The notes under the pieces: generated by a model | Database searches by the model: none | What the model was told of the DNA's origin: nothing | The model's input: only the letters and a program-made list of their open reading frames with translations | Made by a program: the position numbers and the translations under genes | Shown here: one piece after another, positions 23,503-36,294 of the stretch | Numbering within the stretch: position 1 is the stretch's first letter | How the letters are laid out: every line of letters begins with the position of its first letter | Source: Felis catus | Lineage: Eukaryota | Assembly (NCBI RefSeq): GCF_018350175.1 | Contig: NC_058383.1 | Location: 39,308,001 to 39,372,000, forward strand | DNA length: 64,000 bases | Direction: 5' to 3'

Positions 23503-24572
23503 ATGGCGGCGGTGGCGGAGGCCGGCGGTGACGACGCCCGCTGCGTGCGGCTGAGCGCCGAGCGGGCCCAGGCGCTGCTGGCCGACGTGGACACGCTGCT
23601 GTTCGACTGCGACGGCGTCCTGTGGCGCGGCGAGACGGCCGTGCCCGGCGCGCCCGAGGCCCTGTCGGCGCTGCGGGCCAGCGGCAAGCGCCTCGGCTTC
23701 ATCACCAACAACAGCAGCAAGACCCGCGAGGCCTACGCCGAGAAGCTGCGGCGCCTGGGCTTCGGCGGCCCGGCGGGGCCCGGCGCCGGCCTCGAGGTCT
23801 TCGGCACGGCCTACTGCACCGCGCTCTACCTGCGCCAGCGCCTGGCGGGCGCACCGGCCCCTAAGGCCTACGTGCTGGGCAGCGAGGCCCTGGCCGCCGA
23901 GCTGAAGGCCGTGGGCGTCTCCTGCGTGGGCGTGGGGCCCGAGCCGCTGCTGGGCGACAGCCCCGGCGCCTGGCTGGACGCGCCTCTCGATCCGGATGTG
24001 CGCGCGGTCGTGGTGGGCTTCGACCCGCACTTCAGCTACATGAAGCTCACCAAGGCGGTGCGCTACCTGCAGCAGCCCGGCTGCCTGCTCGTAGGCACCA
24101 ACATGGACAACCGGCTCCCGCTCGAGAACGGCCGCTTCATCGCGGGTCCGTGCGGGGCGGGGGCGGCGGGAGGCTCAGGGCGGGCCGCCGGCCGCCCCTG
24201 TCCTCTGACCCCGGGTGCTCTCCTCCCCTCCCTCTCCGCCCCGCAGGTACCGGCTGTCTGGTCCGAGCCGTGGAGATGGCCGCCCAGCGCCAGGCCGACA
24301 TCATAGGGAAACCCAGCCGCTTCATCTTCGACTGCGTGTCCCAGGAGTACGGCATCGACCCAGAGCGCACCGTCATGGTGGGAGATCGCCTGGACACAGA
24401 CATCCTCCTGGGCGTCACCTGTGGTCTGAAGACCATCCTGACCCTCACCGGCGTTTCCACTCTAGGGGACGTGAAGAGTAATCAGGAAAGTGACTGCATG
24501 TCTAAGAAGAAAATGGTTCCTGACTTCTATGTTGACAGCATAGCTGACCTTTTGCCCGCCCTTCAAGGTTAA
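23503..24572 (+). CDS. PGP: Phosphoglycolate / glycerol-3-phosphate phosphatase (HAD IIA, 322 aa)
   Basis: Exons 23503-24145 and 24247-24572 = 969 nt; HAD motifs FDCDGV, ITNNS, GKPS, GDRLDTD. Confidence 0.98.
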
Positions 24573-24596
24573 AGACTTAGTGTCTTTAATCTCCAG

Positions 24597-24602
24597 AATA
24601 AA
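24597..24602 (+). terminator. Proximal poly(A) signal of PGP (a distal AATAAA lies at 26012-26017)
   Basis: AATAAA ~25 nt after the stop codon. Confidence 0.6.
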
Positions 24603-27295
24603 ACAAATTGAAAACCACTTACCCAAATTAATAGGTGGGGCTTAAGCATCCGCTCAGCTAGGTGGCTTCAGAGAGTATACTTGGAGTTAAGTAAAGGCAC
24701 TAGTTGTTAACCTTGTAAGTAAACGTTTGGGGGGCGATGTTGTTTACAGATGCTTATATTTGAAGATGCACTTTTAAACCTGGAGGGCGTTGTGGGGGTC
24801 CTGGGCATCCGGTGCCATTGACAAGGGCAGGCTTAATCTGTCCAGGATTCGGGTCACCTCAGGGTGGTTACCCATCCTGCTCATGGGACTGAAGCAGGTC
24901 TAGGATGTTCCATGTTTTATTGAAAATTTTATTCAGGGATTGGGCCTCCTATACAGGGTAAAGGGGAGGACGGTCCGGTTATTTTGACTGTTGTGAGGAA
25001 CTTGTACAAAGAGCCCCAGGGCCTGTCTGTGTGGTCGTCCCGGATGATCCTGCTCCGGGATCCCGGCTCCTCGCCTGCAGGGTGGGAGTGGAGGACAGGG
25101 TGTGACCCTGTCCCTGGGCCGCAGGGTGCTGACCTCACCACCACTGCCCCACGCTTCCTTAAAAACCACTCTGACGTCACAATCAAGGGTCTGTTCCGCT
25201 TCGGGTACCCAGGGCTGCCACACCTCATGTGTGGTCACGGAGTTCTGGCAACTGCGTCCTGCTAAGCCTCGGTTTTTTCAAGTGTGCGTTTAAATCCAGC
25301 TGACTTGAACTGAGCAGAGCGTTGGCTGAGCAGCCGAGAGGGTGTGGATGCCTTTGCTGAACTCTGGGCAGCTGCGCAGAGAGCTCAGAGTAGTGTTGGT
25401 ACCAAAAATTATTTTTTTACAGTTTTGAACAACTTTTGTCAAACGGTGGAATTGAATCTTAAGTGTGTTAATTAATAGCTGTGCTCTGTCTTGTAGGGAA
25501 AAATCCCCTGGAGAAGTCTCCGTGCCCCGCAGCCAGCAGCACGGCTAAAGGCATGTGCTGGCCAAGGAATGCCTGTCGCCCCGGGCGCCCTGTGGGGGAG
25601 GGGAGGTGGGGAGGAAAGAGGTGTCCCCAAGAACAGGAAGCCCTTTTACAAGGCATCCGACGTCTTCCCGTCCTCCCGCGCCCTGTCGGGGTGGGGGTGA
25701 GATGCCAGTGGTCCGCGAGGCCCCTCGTGTCGGCTCTGGAGCCCCTTGTGGGAGGCCAGCGAAGGACTGGCTGGGTCCACCTGCTAGCCACGGGTTCTTG
25801 GCAGTGGGCCCTGGCCTTTTCTGCCTCTTCCCTAAGTTGCTGACCTGAGAAGCAGACTGTCCGGCCGTACTTGTAGGGCGGGGCCTGGGAAGCTGTTCCT
25901 TTTGGCCGACTCCTTCCTGGCGCCTCTCCCTGTATTCCACTGGCATTTGCCCCCAGTTTCTCGCCTAGCCCCAGAGCCGCTCCTTCACTGAATCTCTTAA
26001 GTTCTCATAGCAATAAAGGGTGTCCCAAGCCTGCAGCTCTTCCCAGGGCCGGGGTGGGGTGTCTGGGGTTTGAACTCTGCGGCGGGGCAGCGCGAGGGCG
26101 GCCGGCACCTGTGAGGTTGGTGGTGCTGACGTTGGCTCTGCGAGGTCGGCTCAAGGTGGGTCTGGATATTGAGCAGGCCTGTCAGGGCGTTGTCACCCAC
26201 ACCAGGAGCACGCGGCAGGTGCGGCAGCCGGCAACACTTCCGCCGGGCAGCGGCCCGGGAGCCCAAGTGCGCCGCATCTCTCTCCCTGTTGCACTGTGTG
26301 AACCCAAATCTGTATTAAACTCTCAAACCTGCGCTGACTCTGGCGTTCTTTGCCCGTGTTTTGACAGCAGCCCTCGTGCAGAGGCTGCAGCAGCCTCGCC
26401 CAGTGTGGGTGTGGGGGGCTCCAAGGAGGACGTGTTCTGGGATCGCGGTTCCAGAGCCGGGGTGCCGACCACCACGACGTCACCGCATCCCAGGCCCGTT
26501 ACAGAGGGGCGGGTGAGTGGGTTCCGGGGAATTAGGAAAAAGGCACAGAGGAAAGCCACAGGCAAGGACCACAGGGTGCGAAGCTTGTTGGGAGCACACA
26601 TCTTGTGAGCTGCCGGTGCCTGGCGGAGCCCTGTCACGACCCGCGTCCTGAAGAAGCTGGAGACGCAGGCTGGGAGCAGGGCCCCAAAGGAAACCACCCT
26701 GGGCAGGGCCGGGCCGGCAGCCCCAGGTGTGCGGGGGCTCCAGTAGGCTGCCTGGACCCGTCCTGGTCTCACACCTGCGGCTACGTCTGAGGAATTGGGA
26801 AGCGGCTGGGGGGACATGGGATCGAAGGACACAGGCAGCGCGGACTCCCTTACCGGTCATTCATGAAACGCATTTATTGATGGTTTGCCACGAGCCAAGC
26901 CCCAGGAATCCAGAAGTAACAGTAAAGAGACTGGAACAGCCTCTTGAGAAAACTTAAGCCCGTCCCCAAGCAGACTCTGTAAAGTCGTTCTGCCTGGGCC
27001 GCCCTCGGTGCCAATCAGTGGGACCTGGTTTCCCGGACAGCCATGCACTTCCAGTCTCCAGTCAGCACAGGCCAGGTGTCCGAGAGCCAGGCACAGTGAC
27101 AAGCACCCCACCCCACCGCAAGGATGGGGGCTGTCCCGGCTCTGACCCTGATATCAGGTAGCTGGGCTGGCGGGAAGCAAGGGGGGCAGGAGAGGAGGGG
27201 GCCGGGATGGTTGTTGGCTCATCACTGTACCGAGGTTTCCCCAGCTGACTGCAAGGGGCAGCAGACAATCAGCGCATTGTCACCAGGGCCGCGGC

Positions 27296-28769
<1,474 letters not shown>

Positions 28770-28852
28770 GTTCAGAGCCCGACCCGGCCCACAGGCCAGC
28801 CAGCTGGCCGTCCCCGCCATCAGTCGCAAGGAGGGTGGCTGCCGCCGGGGCT

Positions 28853-28858
28853 AATAAA
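28853..28858 (+). terminator. Poly(A) signal of BRICD5
   Basis: AATAAA ~85 nt after the stop, followed by GT-rich ggtgttctttgtgg. Confidence 0.8.
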
Positions 28859-29225
28859 CCCTGCACCTGGCCGTAACGGTGTTCTTTGTGGCTTCAGAAC
28901 ACAGAACGGGCAGGCGGTGGAGGGAACACTGGCTTGGGACGGGACACCAGCCTCGGATCCCCTAAGTCATGTGGCTCTGGAATTTCTGAAACGAGGGTAG
29001 GCTGGCTTAGGTCGGCTGCCTGTCACATCCACATAAGCAACTGGAAGCTGAGAGGATCCCAGGCCATACCGGCCTGGCCCCTGGAAGCCGGCCGAGGGGA
29101 CCAGGGTAGCCAGGCAGGGCCAGCTGGCCTGGGCCGGTGGAGGTTCCCTCCGAGCCGGGCATCTGAACAGACGTATTCAGCAGGTGCTGCCTGGACAGCT
29201 GCCTGCGGCTCCGAGGGGGCCCAGG

Positions 29226-31909
29226 TTAGCCCAGCACGCTGTCGTTGAAGGCCAAGCAGACCACAGCTTTCTGATGGCCCCCGTACTCTCTCTTGATCTC
29301 TCCTGTCTCCACGCACCAGAGCCGGGCCAGGTTGTCAGAGGAGGCTGCGGGGAGGGTGTAAGCAGTGGCTCAGCACGCAGCCCCAGGGCAGGAGTACGGG
29401 GGGCTGGCGGGGATGGGGACGGACAGGCCGGGTACACCGGGCTCACCGGTGACGATGTACTGAGAGTCCCCCGAGAAGGCGCAGCCCCACATCCAGCCTC
29501 GGGATGACTCTCCCGGGTTGCTGCTCCTGATGCTGAGCTCTGTCATCAGGGAGAAGTTGGACGTCCTCCAGATCTTGCACGTCTGGTCAGCCGAGCAGGT
29601 GGCAAGGAGCCTAGGGAGGGGCGTGAGTGCGGCGGGGGTGTCATCAGCAGTCACTCCCACCCTGCACCCCTCCGCCATCCACGAGGCAGGCCCCGACCCA
29701 TCAGGCCCCCTGAGCCCGCACACACGTGGAGTCAGGGCTGAAGCGGCACTGCAGGGCGTAGCGGGTGTGTGCAGGGATCTTGGTCTTGGGGATGAGCTGT
29801 GTCACCTCGTCGCCAATGCCCCCAGTCAGATTCCAGACGTAGCAGTTCCCCTGCAAGCAGGCGGGGAGTCATGGGAAGCCTGGAGCCTTCCATCTGACTC
29901 ACAGGGAAGGCTGCCCTGGCAGCTGGACCCAGACCCAGGGGCTGCCACCCGACACGCAGAGATCTGGGGGCCCGGGACGTGTGGCCGGCACCTCTGGTCC
30001 TGCCCGCACGGACTGCCCGGCAAGCTGAGAGCGAGAGGCCGCGCCTGGCCTTCGTGAGTGCTGCTGGCCAATGGGAGTGTGAAGAATGAGAAGGGAGTCG
30101 GGCCCCTCAGACAGTGGGGACAGAAGGAGGGCGGTCTGGGGGACACCATGGAACAGCTGATCTGTTGAGATGTAAGGACGTTACAGGGAGAAGATGAGGC
30201 CAGACGGGGCATCGGGTCTAAACCCCGGCGTCCCAAGGCCAGGGTGAGGAGCCAGGTCACCTAGGGGTCTGTGCAGGGAATGGAGCCCTCGGGCAGCTGA
30301 GAGAGAGTGGCACAGGGCTGGAGGGTATCAGTGAGGGCGGAGGGAGGACACAGAGCGGCCGCAGCCGATGTGCGGGGACACAAGCCAAACTGGGACCAGG
30401 AGGAGACGGGGAGGAGAGGGAAGTAGAATCGAGAGGCTCTGGAGGTGGAGGTGACAGCCGCTGGATGAGCCATGGTAGGAGCGAGAGGGGGCGTCAGGAT
30501 CGACACCCGGGTTTCTGGCTTTGGTGGCTGGGTTGGAGCCCAGGGTGGGGGGAGCAGGCCTGCGGGGGGTGGGGGAGTGTGAGGGAACATCTGGGGAATA
30601 AGCCACGCGGAGGAGTAAGGAGGATAAGGGGCCGGGTGGAGCTGGCCTCCCCCGCGCGCTCACACCCAGGACTCACGGTGCTGTTGACGGCTGCCATGTA
30701 GCTGGCATCGGGGTCAATGTGGGCAGACGTGATGGAGACCTCAGGCTCGGGTATCAGCTGCTCGTTGTGGTCGGTCTTCAAGTCCCAGATGTGGATGGCG
30801 CCGCTCTGGTCACCCACGATGAGCTCCGCCTGGGGTGCAGGGGAGGTGAGGGAGGGCGGGAGTCTCCCGCCCTCCTGCACACCTCGGTGCCCGGCCCCGT
30901 GCGCACCCCTCACCTGGTTGGGGTGCAGGCACACGCAGTTAATGGGTGCGTTCACCTGGAAGATCCGCTGACACTGTAGGTTGCGGGACCTTTGGGGCGG
31001 GGCACACACTGTAGTGGGTGCGATCAGCGCCCCACAACGTGCTCTCTGCATTCGGCACCCCCAGGGGCGGCCCCTGGCCTCAAGGTGGCACTTGATGCAG
31101 TTCGTGCTCCAGAGCTCTCTACGGTGTCAGGCTGAGGCCGGGCTCGTCTTTGTGTGGCTTCACCCCTGCGCTACCCTGCTTTTGTCACTGCCCTCAATAA
31201 ATCACCCGCTCGGGAAAGCCCATCTCAGCCTCTGCTTGGAGGGCCCCGCCCCGAGACGGTCTCCTGGCTGGCCCCCAGCCCCACACAACCAGCAGCAGGC
31301 CCCTCCTACCCACGGCCCCACACCTGAGGTCCCAGATCCGAGCAGTGCAGTCCTCCCCACCCGTGTACATCCACCGACCGTCCTCATGGAAGCCCACGGA
31401 CGCGATGTTCTTGTTGACCCCGTCGTAGCTGATGATGGGGTTGGGGTTGTTGGAGCTGAGATCGTACATGCGAATGTGCTGGTAACCTAGGGGCACAGGG
31501 TAAACTGAAGAGTGGCTGTGCCTGGAGAGGCTCAGCAGAGATGGAGGGTCGGGGTCGAGGGTACAGGTACCTGCAGCCGCGATCATGCTGCGGTCAGGCG
31601 TGATCTCCAGGGCGTTCACCTGCTAGGGCCTGTTAAGGAGCGTGACGAACGGAGCCCTGGAGCCAGAACCCTCGAGGCCTCCACCGTCTGGCTCGGCTGC
31701 TGCATCCTTCCCACCCCAGGCACCCGTCCTTTGCCTAAGCTGGCACCCCCACCCGGCGTCCTTCCCCGAGTGGAGGATACAGAGTCCTGATGCTGCACCG
31801 TGCGGGTACAGATCCCACTGTGGGCCTGCCAGAAGCGCACCGTGTGGTCATAGCCCGCGGTGGCCAAGATGACCGGGTCACTGCCCACCGTGCCCGGGGA
31901 CGTGTTCAT
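29226..31909 (-). CDS. MLST8: mTOR complex subunit LST8 (WD40, 326 aa)
   Basis: Exons 31909-31781, 31622-31571, 31486-31324, 30989-30914, 30829-30677, 29850-29726, 29610-29447, 29344-29226 = 981 nt; [27 protein letters not shown]...AFNDSVLG*. Confidence 0.98.
31623..31780 (-). other. U12-type (minor spliceosome) intron of MLST8
   Basis: 5' end GTATCCTC, branch point TCCTTAAC at 31639-31632 just before the acceptor, no polypyrimidine tract. Confidence 0.9.
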
Positions 31910-32099
31910 GGTGTGGAAGAAGGCTTGGGTCTGCACTGGACCCGACTTCTGAAAAGTAGGGGTCAAAGGTCAGAACATCTGCACAAGAGAGGGAGGTGCG
32001 GTATTTAGGGAACACCCTCTGGGTCCACTGGGTGCTGAGAGACAGGCATTATCACTCTCATTTTAGAGATGAGAAAACAGGCTTAGAGGTTCAGAGAAC

Positions 32100-32650
32100 G
32101 CGTGACAACCTACGGACAGCTCCCAGCTCCAAGGCACGTGCTCCGTTCCGCGCCCCACGGACCGGGACAGGACGCCACCCCACCCGTCGCCGGCAGGGGG
32201 CGGTCACGCCCGGGGCGCCGCTCTGCCGCAGGGGCGGGCCGCGCATGCGCAAGGAAGCGGACGGGCCGGAGAGGAAAGCCGAGCCCTGCGGCTGCGCATG
32301 CGTAGCAGGCCCGCGGCTAGGCCTGATGGGAGGGGGCGCTCTCTGGCCCGACCCTCGGGTTTCCCGGTGCTTCGCCGAGAGCCCTGGCTCTGTCCCGCTG
32401 GGCCACCTTCACCCAGGCGCTCTCTCCTGGCCACCCAGGAGCCGCTTTGCGGCCCTCGCCCCGCGGCCCCCGTACCTTACACGCGGCTCTGCGCTCCGCC
32501 GCGGCCCAGGACGGCGAGCGGAGCCGGAGCAAGTCGATAGAGGCCGCGGCCGAGCGTAGAGTTATCGATGGGCCTTGGGCGACACCACGAGACTTAGGCG
32601 GGGGGGGGGGGGGCGAAACCAACGTTCTGGGGCGGGGGGAGGCCCCCGTG
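32100..32650 (-). promoter_or_regulatory. CpG-island promoter and non-coding exon 1 of MLST8
   Basis: CpG dense; donor region GTAAG|GTACGG near 32475; NRF1-type GCGCATGCGC at 32241-32250 and TGCGCATGCGT at 32293-32303. Confidence 0.8.
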
Positions 32651-32778
32651 AGGCCTGGCCTCAGCCTTCTCCCCACTGGGGCACCCCACCCTTCGGACAG
32701 CTACCCATTTTCCAGGCTTGGTCCCAAGGGGGGCTCCGCCCCACCCCCTTCCCTCTATCCCCTGCTCCCCACGCCCGT

Positions 32779-32979
32779 CTAGGATGCCCAAGTAAATTAC
32801 AGGACGCCCAGTTAACATTTGAATTTCAGGGAAGCAACGATAATTATTTTTTTCGGTGTAAGTATATCCCAAATATTCCACGGGATATACTCATACTAAA
32901 AAGCTAATGATGGCCATGGGGAATGCAAATGTTTAACTGGATGTTTTGTAGTTTTATTTGCTAGAAATGGCAATCCTAG
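32779..32979. mobile_element. MER53-like palindromic MITE
   Basis: Termini ctaggatgcc / ggcaatcctag, internal ccagttaa...ttaactgg symmetry and central AGTATATCCC-N11-GGGATATACT stem. Confidence 0.8.
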
Positions 32980-33374
32980 TCTGGGCTCTTTCAGTCCTCT
33001 TCAGCCCTGGCCTGACCCTCTTGTCTGCCCCCTCTGCCCAATGACCCCTCCAAAACTGGGGTCCCTCATGCTTCTTGTTCTATTTAGCACGCTCACACTC
33101 CGTGCACTGTGGCCTCATCCTCTTAACTGGAAAAACAAAAATCCCACGGTTTCTTCCCACCACACTTAAAAACAGCAACACACCTCCCTTCCTTCCTCTG
33201 GCTCCACATCCCCCCACCATGCCGCTGGGCCCTGGGTCCCAGGAACCTTCCCTCCAGTACCTTCCCCACCTTCCTCCTTCCCCTGGGCTTGCTTTCTCCC
33301 TCTGTCCGCTCCAGATGCCACGTGCTCCATCCTGCCAGGGTGGACAACAGCAGAAGAACTTGACATCGTTCTGA

Positions 33375-33520
33375 GGGAGAGAGAGAGAATCCCAAGCAGG
33401 CTCTGCACCATCAGCACAGTGCCTGACACAGGGCTCGATCCCACGAACCAGACCGTGAGATCACGACCTGAGCCAAAATCAAGAGTCAGCGCTTAACCCA
33501 CTGAGCCACCCGGCCGCCCC
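33375..33520 (-). mobile_element. CAN-SINE, tail-truncated
   Basis: gagagaatcccaagcaggctctg...cttaacccactgagccacccggccgcccc. Confidence 0.88.
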
Positions 33521-33567
33521 TGGGCGTGTTTTTGTTTTAATTGTTTTCACACACTATGAAATTAACC

Positions 33568-33923
33568 TTTTTTTTTTAAGTTTTATTTATTGGGGAGACT
33601 GGGTGGCTCAGTGGGTTAAGCGTCCAACTCTTGATTTTGGCTGAGGTTATGGTTTCACAGTTTGTGAATTCAAGCCCAAATCAGGTTCTGTGCTGACAGT
33701 GCAGAGCCTGCTTGGGATTCTTTTTACCACCCCCCCCCCCTTCCTACCCTGCTCGCGCGCACGCTCTCTCTCTCTCTCAAAATAAATACATAAACTCAAA
33801 AACATTTTTTTAAGTTTTATTTGTTTATTTTTTAGCGATCTCTACACCCAACATGGAGCTTGAACTCACAAACCCTGAGATCAAGAGTCACATTCTCTTC
33901 CCACTGAACCAGCCAGGTGCTCC
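33568..33923 (-). mobile_element. Old short CAN-SINE whose tail is interrupted by a second SINE
   Basis: Body 33835-33923 (atctctacacccaacatggagcttgaactc...agccaggtgctcct); outer TSD tgaaa(t/c)t(a/g)acc. Confidence 0.8.
33592..33804 (+). mobile_element. CAN-SINE nested in the tail of the older SINE
   Basis: ggggagactgggtggctcagtgggttaagcg...ctctcaaaataaa; tttttttaagttttattt duplicated on both sides. Confidence 0.9.
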
Positions 33924-33924
33924 T

Positions 33925-34490
33925 GAAACTGACCATTTTTAGAGGGAACAATTTAATGGCTCTTAATACATTTACGGTGCTGTGCAATCACTACCTCTGT
34001 TTAGTTCCAGAACATTTTCATCACCCCAGAGGAAAACCCTGTACCTCTGTGCCCTCTCTCCCCCTTACCCCTCCCCACTCAACCCCCAGCCCCTGGCAAC
34101 CACCAGCCTACTTTCTGTCTCTATGGATTCACCTGTTCCGGAAATTGCATATAAATGGAATCCTACGATATATGGCTTCTTTCACTGAACATGATGATTC
34201 AAAGTTCATCCAGGTGGTGGGGGCGCATGTAGCACTTCACTCCTCTTTATGGCCCAATAATATTCCACTGTGTGGCTGGACTGCGTTGATTTACCCACTC
34301 ATCCACTGGGGGACACTTGAGTTGTTTACACTTTTTGGCTATTACGAATTATACTGCTGTGAATGTGCTGGTACAAATATCTTTTTGAGTATGTGTTTCC
34401 ATTTCCCTGTATACTAGGAGTGGAATTGGTGGGTCACATGGTAACTCTATGTTTAACTTTTTGAGAAACCGCCAGAAGGTATCTGGTCTT
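33925..34490 (-). mobile_element. L1MB-type LINE 3' fragment
   Basis: ttccagaacattttcatcacccca, cccagcccctggcaaccacc, ataaatggaatc, aataatattcca, ggagtggaatt...ggtaactctatgtttaactttttgag. Confidence 0.85.
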
Positions 34491-36294
34491 CACAATGGCT
34501 GTGCCAAGGAGAAACCACGCTGGTTTTGGAGATGGGGAAACAGAGGTTCAGAGAGGTAGAGTCATACGTCTAAGGGCACACAGCTGGAACATGATAAAAC
34601 CCATCCTGCTGGGCTCAGCTCTCCCATGACCTTGCCCCTTCTCGGCAGCCCGACACCTTGCGTGTCCCCTCCATCCTCCTCTGTAAGTACAGGAGCTCCG
34701 CCCAGGCAGCTCTGGGAGCGGCAGATGAATACGTAGGGTCAGAAGGCTGGCAGGGGAGCTCTGTGAGCCCCAACACCTGAAAGACATCCGGAACAGTCTG
34801 AACCCACGAAGGAGCCTGAGAGAAGGAGGCAGGAGGGAGGGCTGGAGCTGAGGGAAGGCTGGAAGATTCCACCAGGTATCTCTGGGGTCCCACCTGTGGC
34901 CCAGGGGCCAGGCCCTGAACTGTTTGCCTTTTCTGTGGGGGCTCTGGGTACAGCCTGGGGACTGCACATGTCCCACGCCTAGGGGTAACTGCTGGGCCGG
35001 GCAGGGCTCCCCCCCCAGTCCGAGCAGCTCCAGCATCTCTGCTGGGCGGAAAGAGGGGACAGGAGGCATGGCTGTTGACCCTGTCTTATGTAGCAAGCAC
35101 CAGCCGAGCACATTACAGAGGTGGCATCTACGAGAATGAGAGGAACGATGGCAGCTGACATATGCTGTGTGCTCCCAGCAGCCCGTGGGGACGGTCCCCT
35201 TGCCATCCCCACTTTATACGTAAGGGACCAGGCAGCAGGGCTCTGGGGGGCTGGGAGGGGCACCTCCAGCTGGTGGGCAGGAGCAGGGCTTGCGCAGGCC
35301 CCAGTGGAGACTGCCGTGCAGCTGGGAAGGGGGCCAGCCCGGGCTGCAGTGAGGCGGCCTCCAGCTCTACTCCAGGCTGAGCTTCAGCAGTTCTGCTGGC
35401 TCAGCAGCCCCTCCTCCCGGGATCCTCGGAGGCCCGACTTCCTGGAGGGCTGCCCAAGTCCCGCCTCTGCATCCTCGTACCCCCCAGTCGGACGGCCGGC
35501 CTGCCTGCGACCCCCTCCTCAGGCTTGGGGGGACCCCAGGCAGACGCACGTCCCTGTTTTCACGTGGACCTTCCCCTCGGCCCTGGGCTGCAGGCAGCAG
35601 CGCCGCTGGCCCATTTTACGGATGTGGCGGCTGAGTGTCAGGGCTCCTCCAAGGTTGCTGGGCTGGTCAGTGGTGCATCTAGGACTTCTTGACCCCTCCC
35701 AGGCCATTAGCCTCACATAGCAGAGCGAACTGAGCAGAATCTGTAACAGCTCTCGTCTTCAGTTCGTGAAAGTGGACCACACAGCAAGGTACCCGCTTAC
35801 AGGTCTGGGGAGTGACTACGGGGTGCCTATTTGTGGGTTACAGATACAGCTGAGGGGGGGTGGGGCGGGGCGGGCAGCTGCAGGCGGGACCAGTTCATTG
35901 CTCAGAGGAATTAGAGAGTTCTAATTTGGAACTTGGCCTTTTGGGCCATGATGAAAGCGTATTTGTCAAGGTAGGAGGACAGAGCCTATTTTATTTAATG
36001 AGTTATTAGCCTGGCTTATAACAGTTAAATATTTGGACATTTGGTGTGTGGGCCTCTGTTTGTACCCTTGCCCCAGGCCCTGCAAACGTCAGGCTCGGGC
36101 CAGAGTGGTTTACCGTGGTCAGCCGAAACACAGAAATAATGGTGAGGAGGACAGCTATCTTCTTTGTATTTTTTGTAACGCTTCCCGTGTGCTAGGCACC
36201 CTGCTGGGGTCTGCAGATACGGAGATGAGTAAAGTATACTTGCTACCCAGAGAGCCCAGGCAGAGAGAGCCAAGAATATCACAATATCCACAGA

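Noticed and set aside
23158-24030. 290-aa antisense ORF over PGP
   Set aside because: Shadow of a high-GC3 coding exon and CpG island
33917-34417. 166-aa ORF
   Set aside because: Antisense reading of a decayed L1M 3' end
35946-36060. ATGATGA resembling a snoRNA C box
   Set aside because: No CTGA D box or terminal stem at a suitable distance, and not intronic
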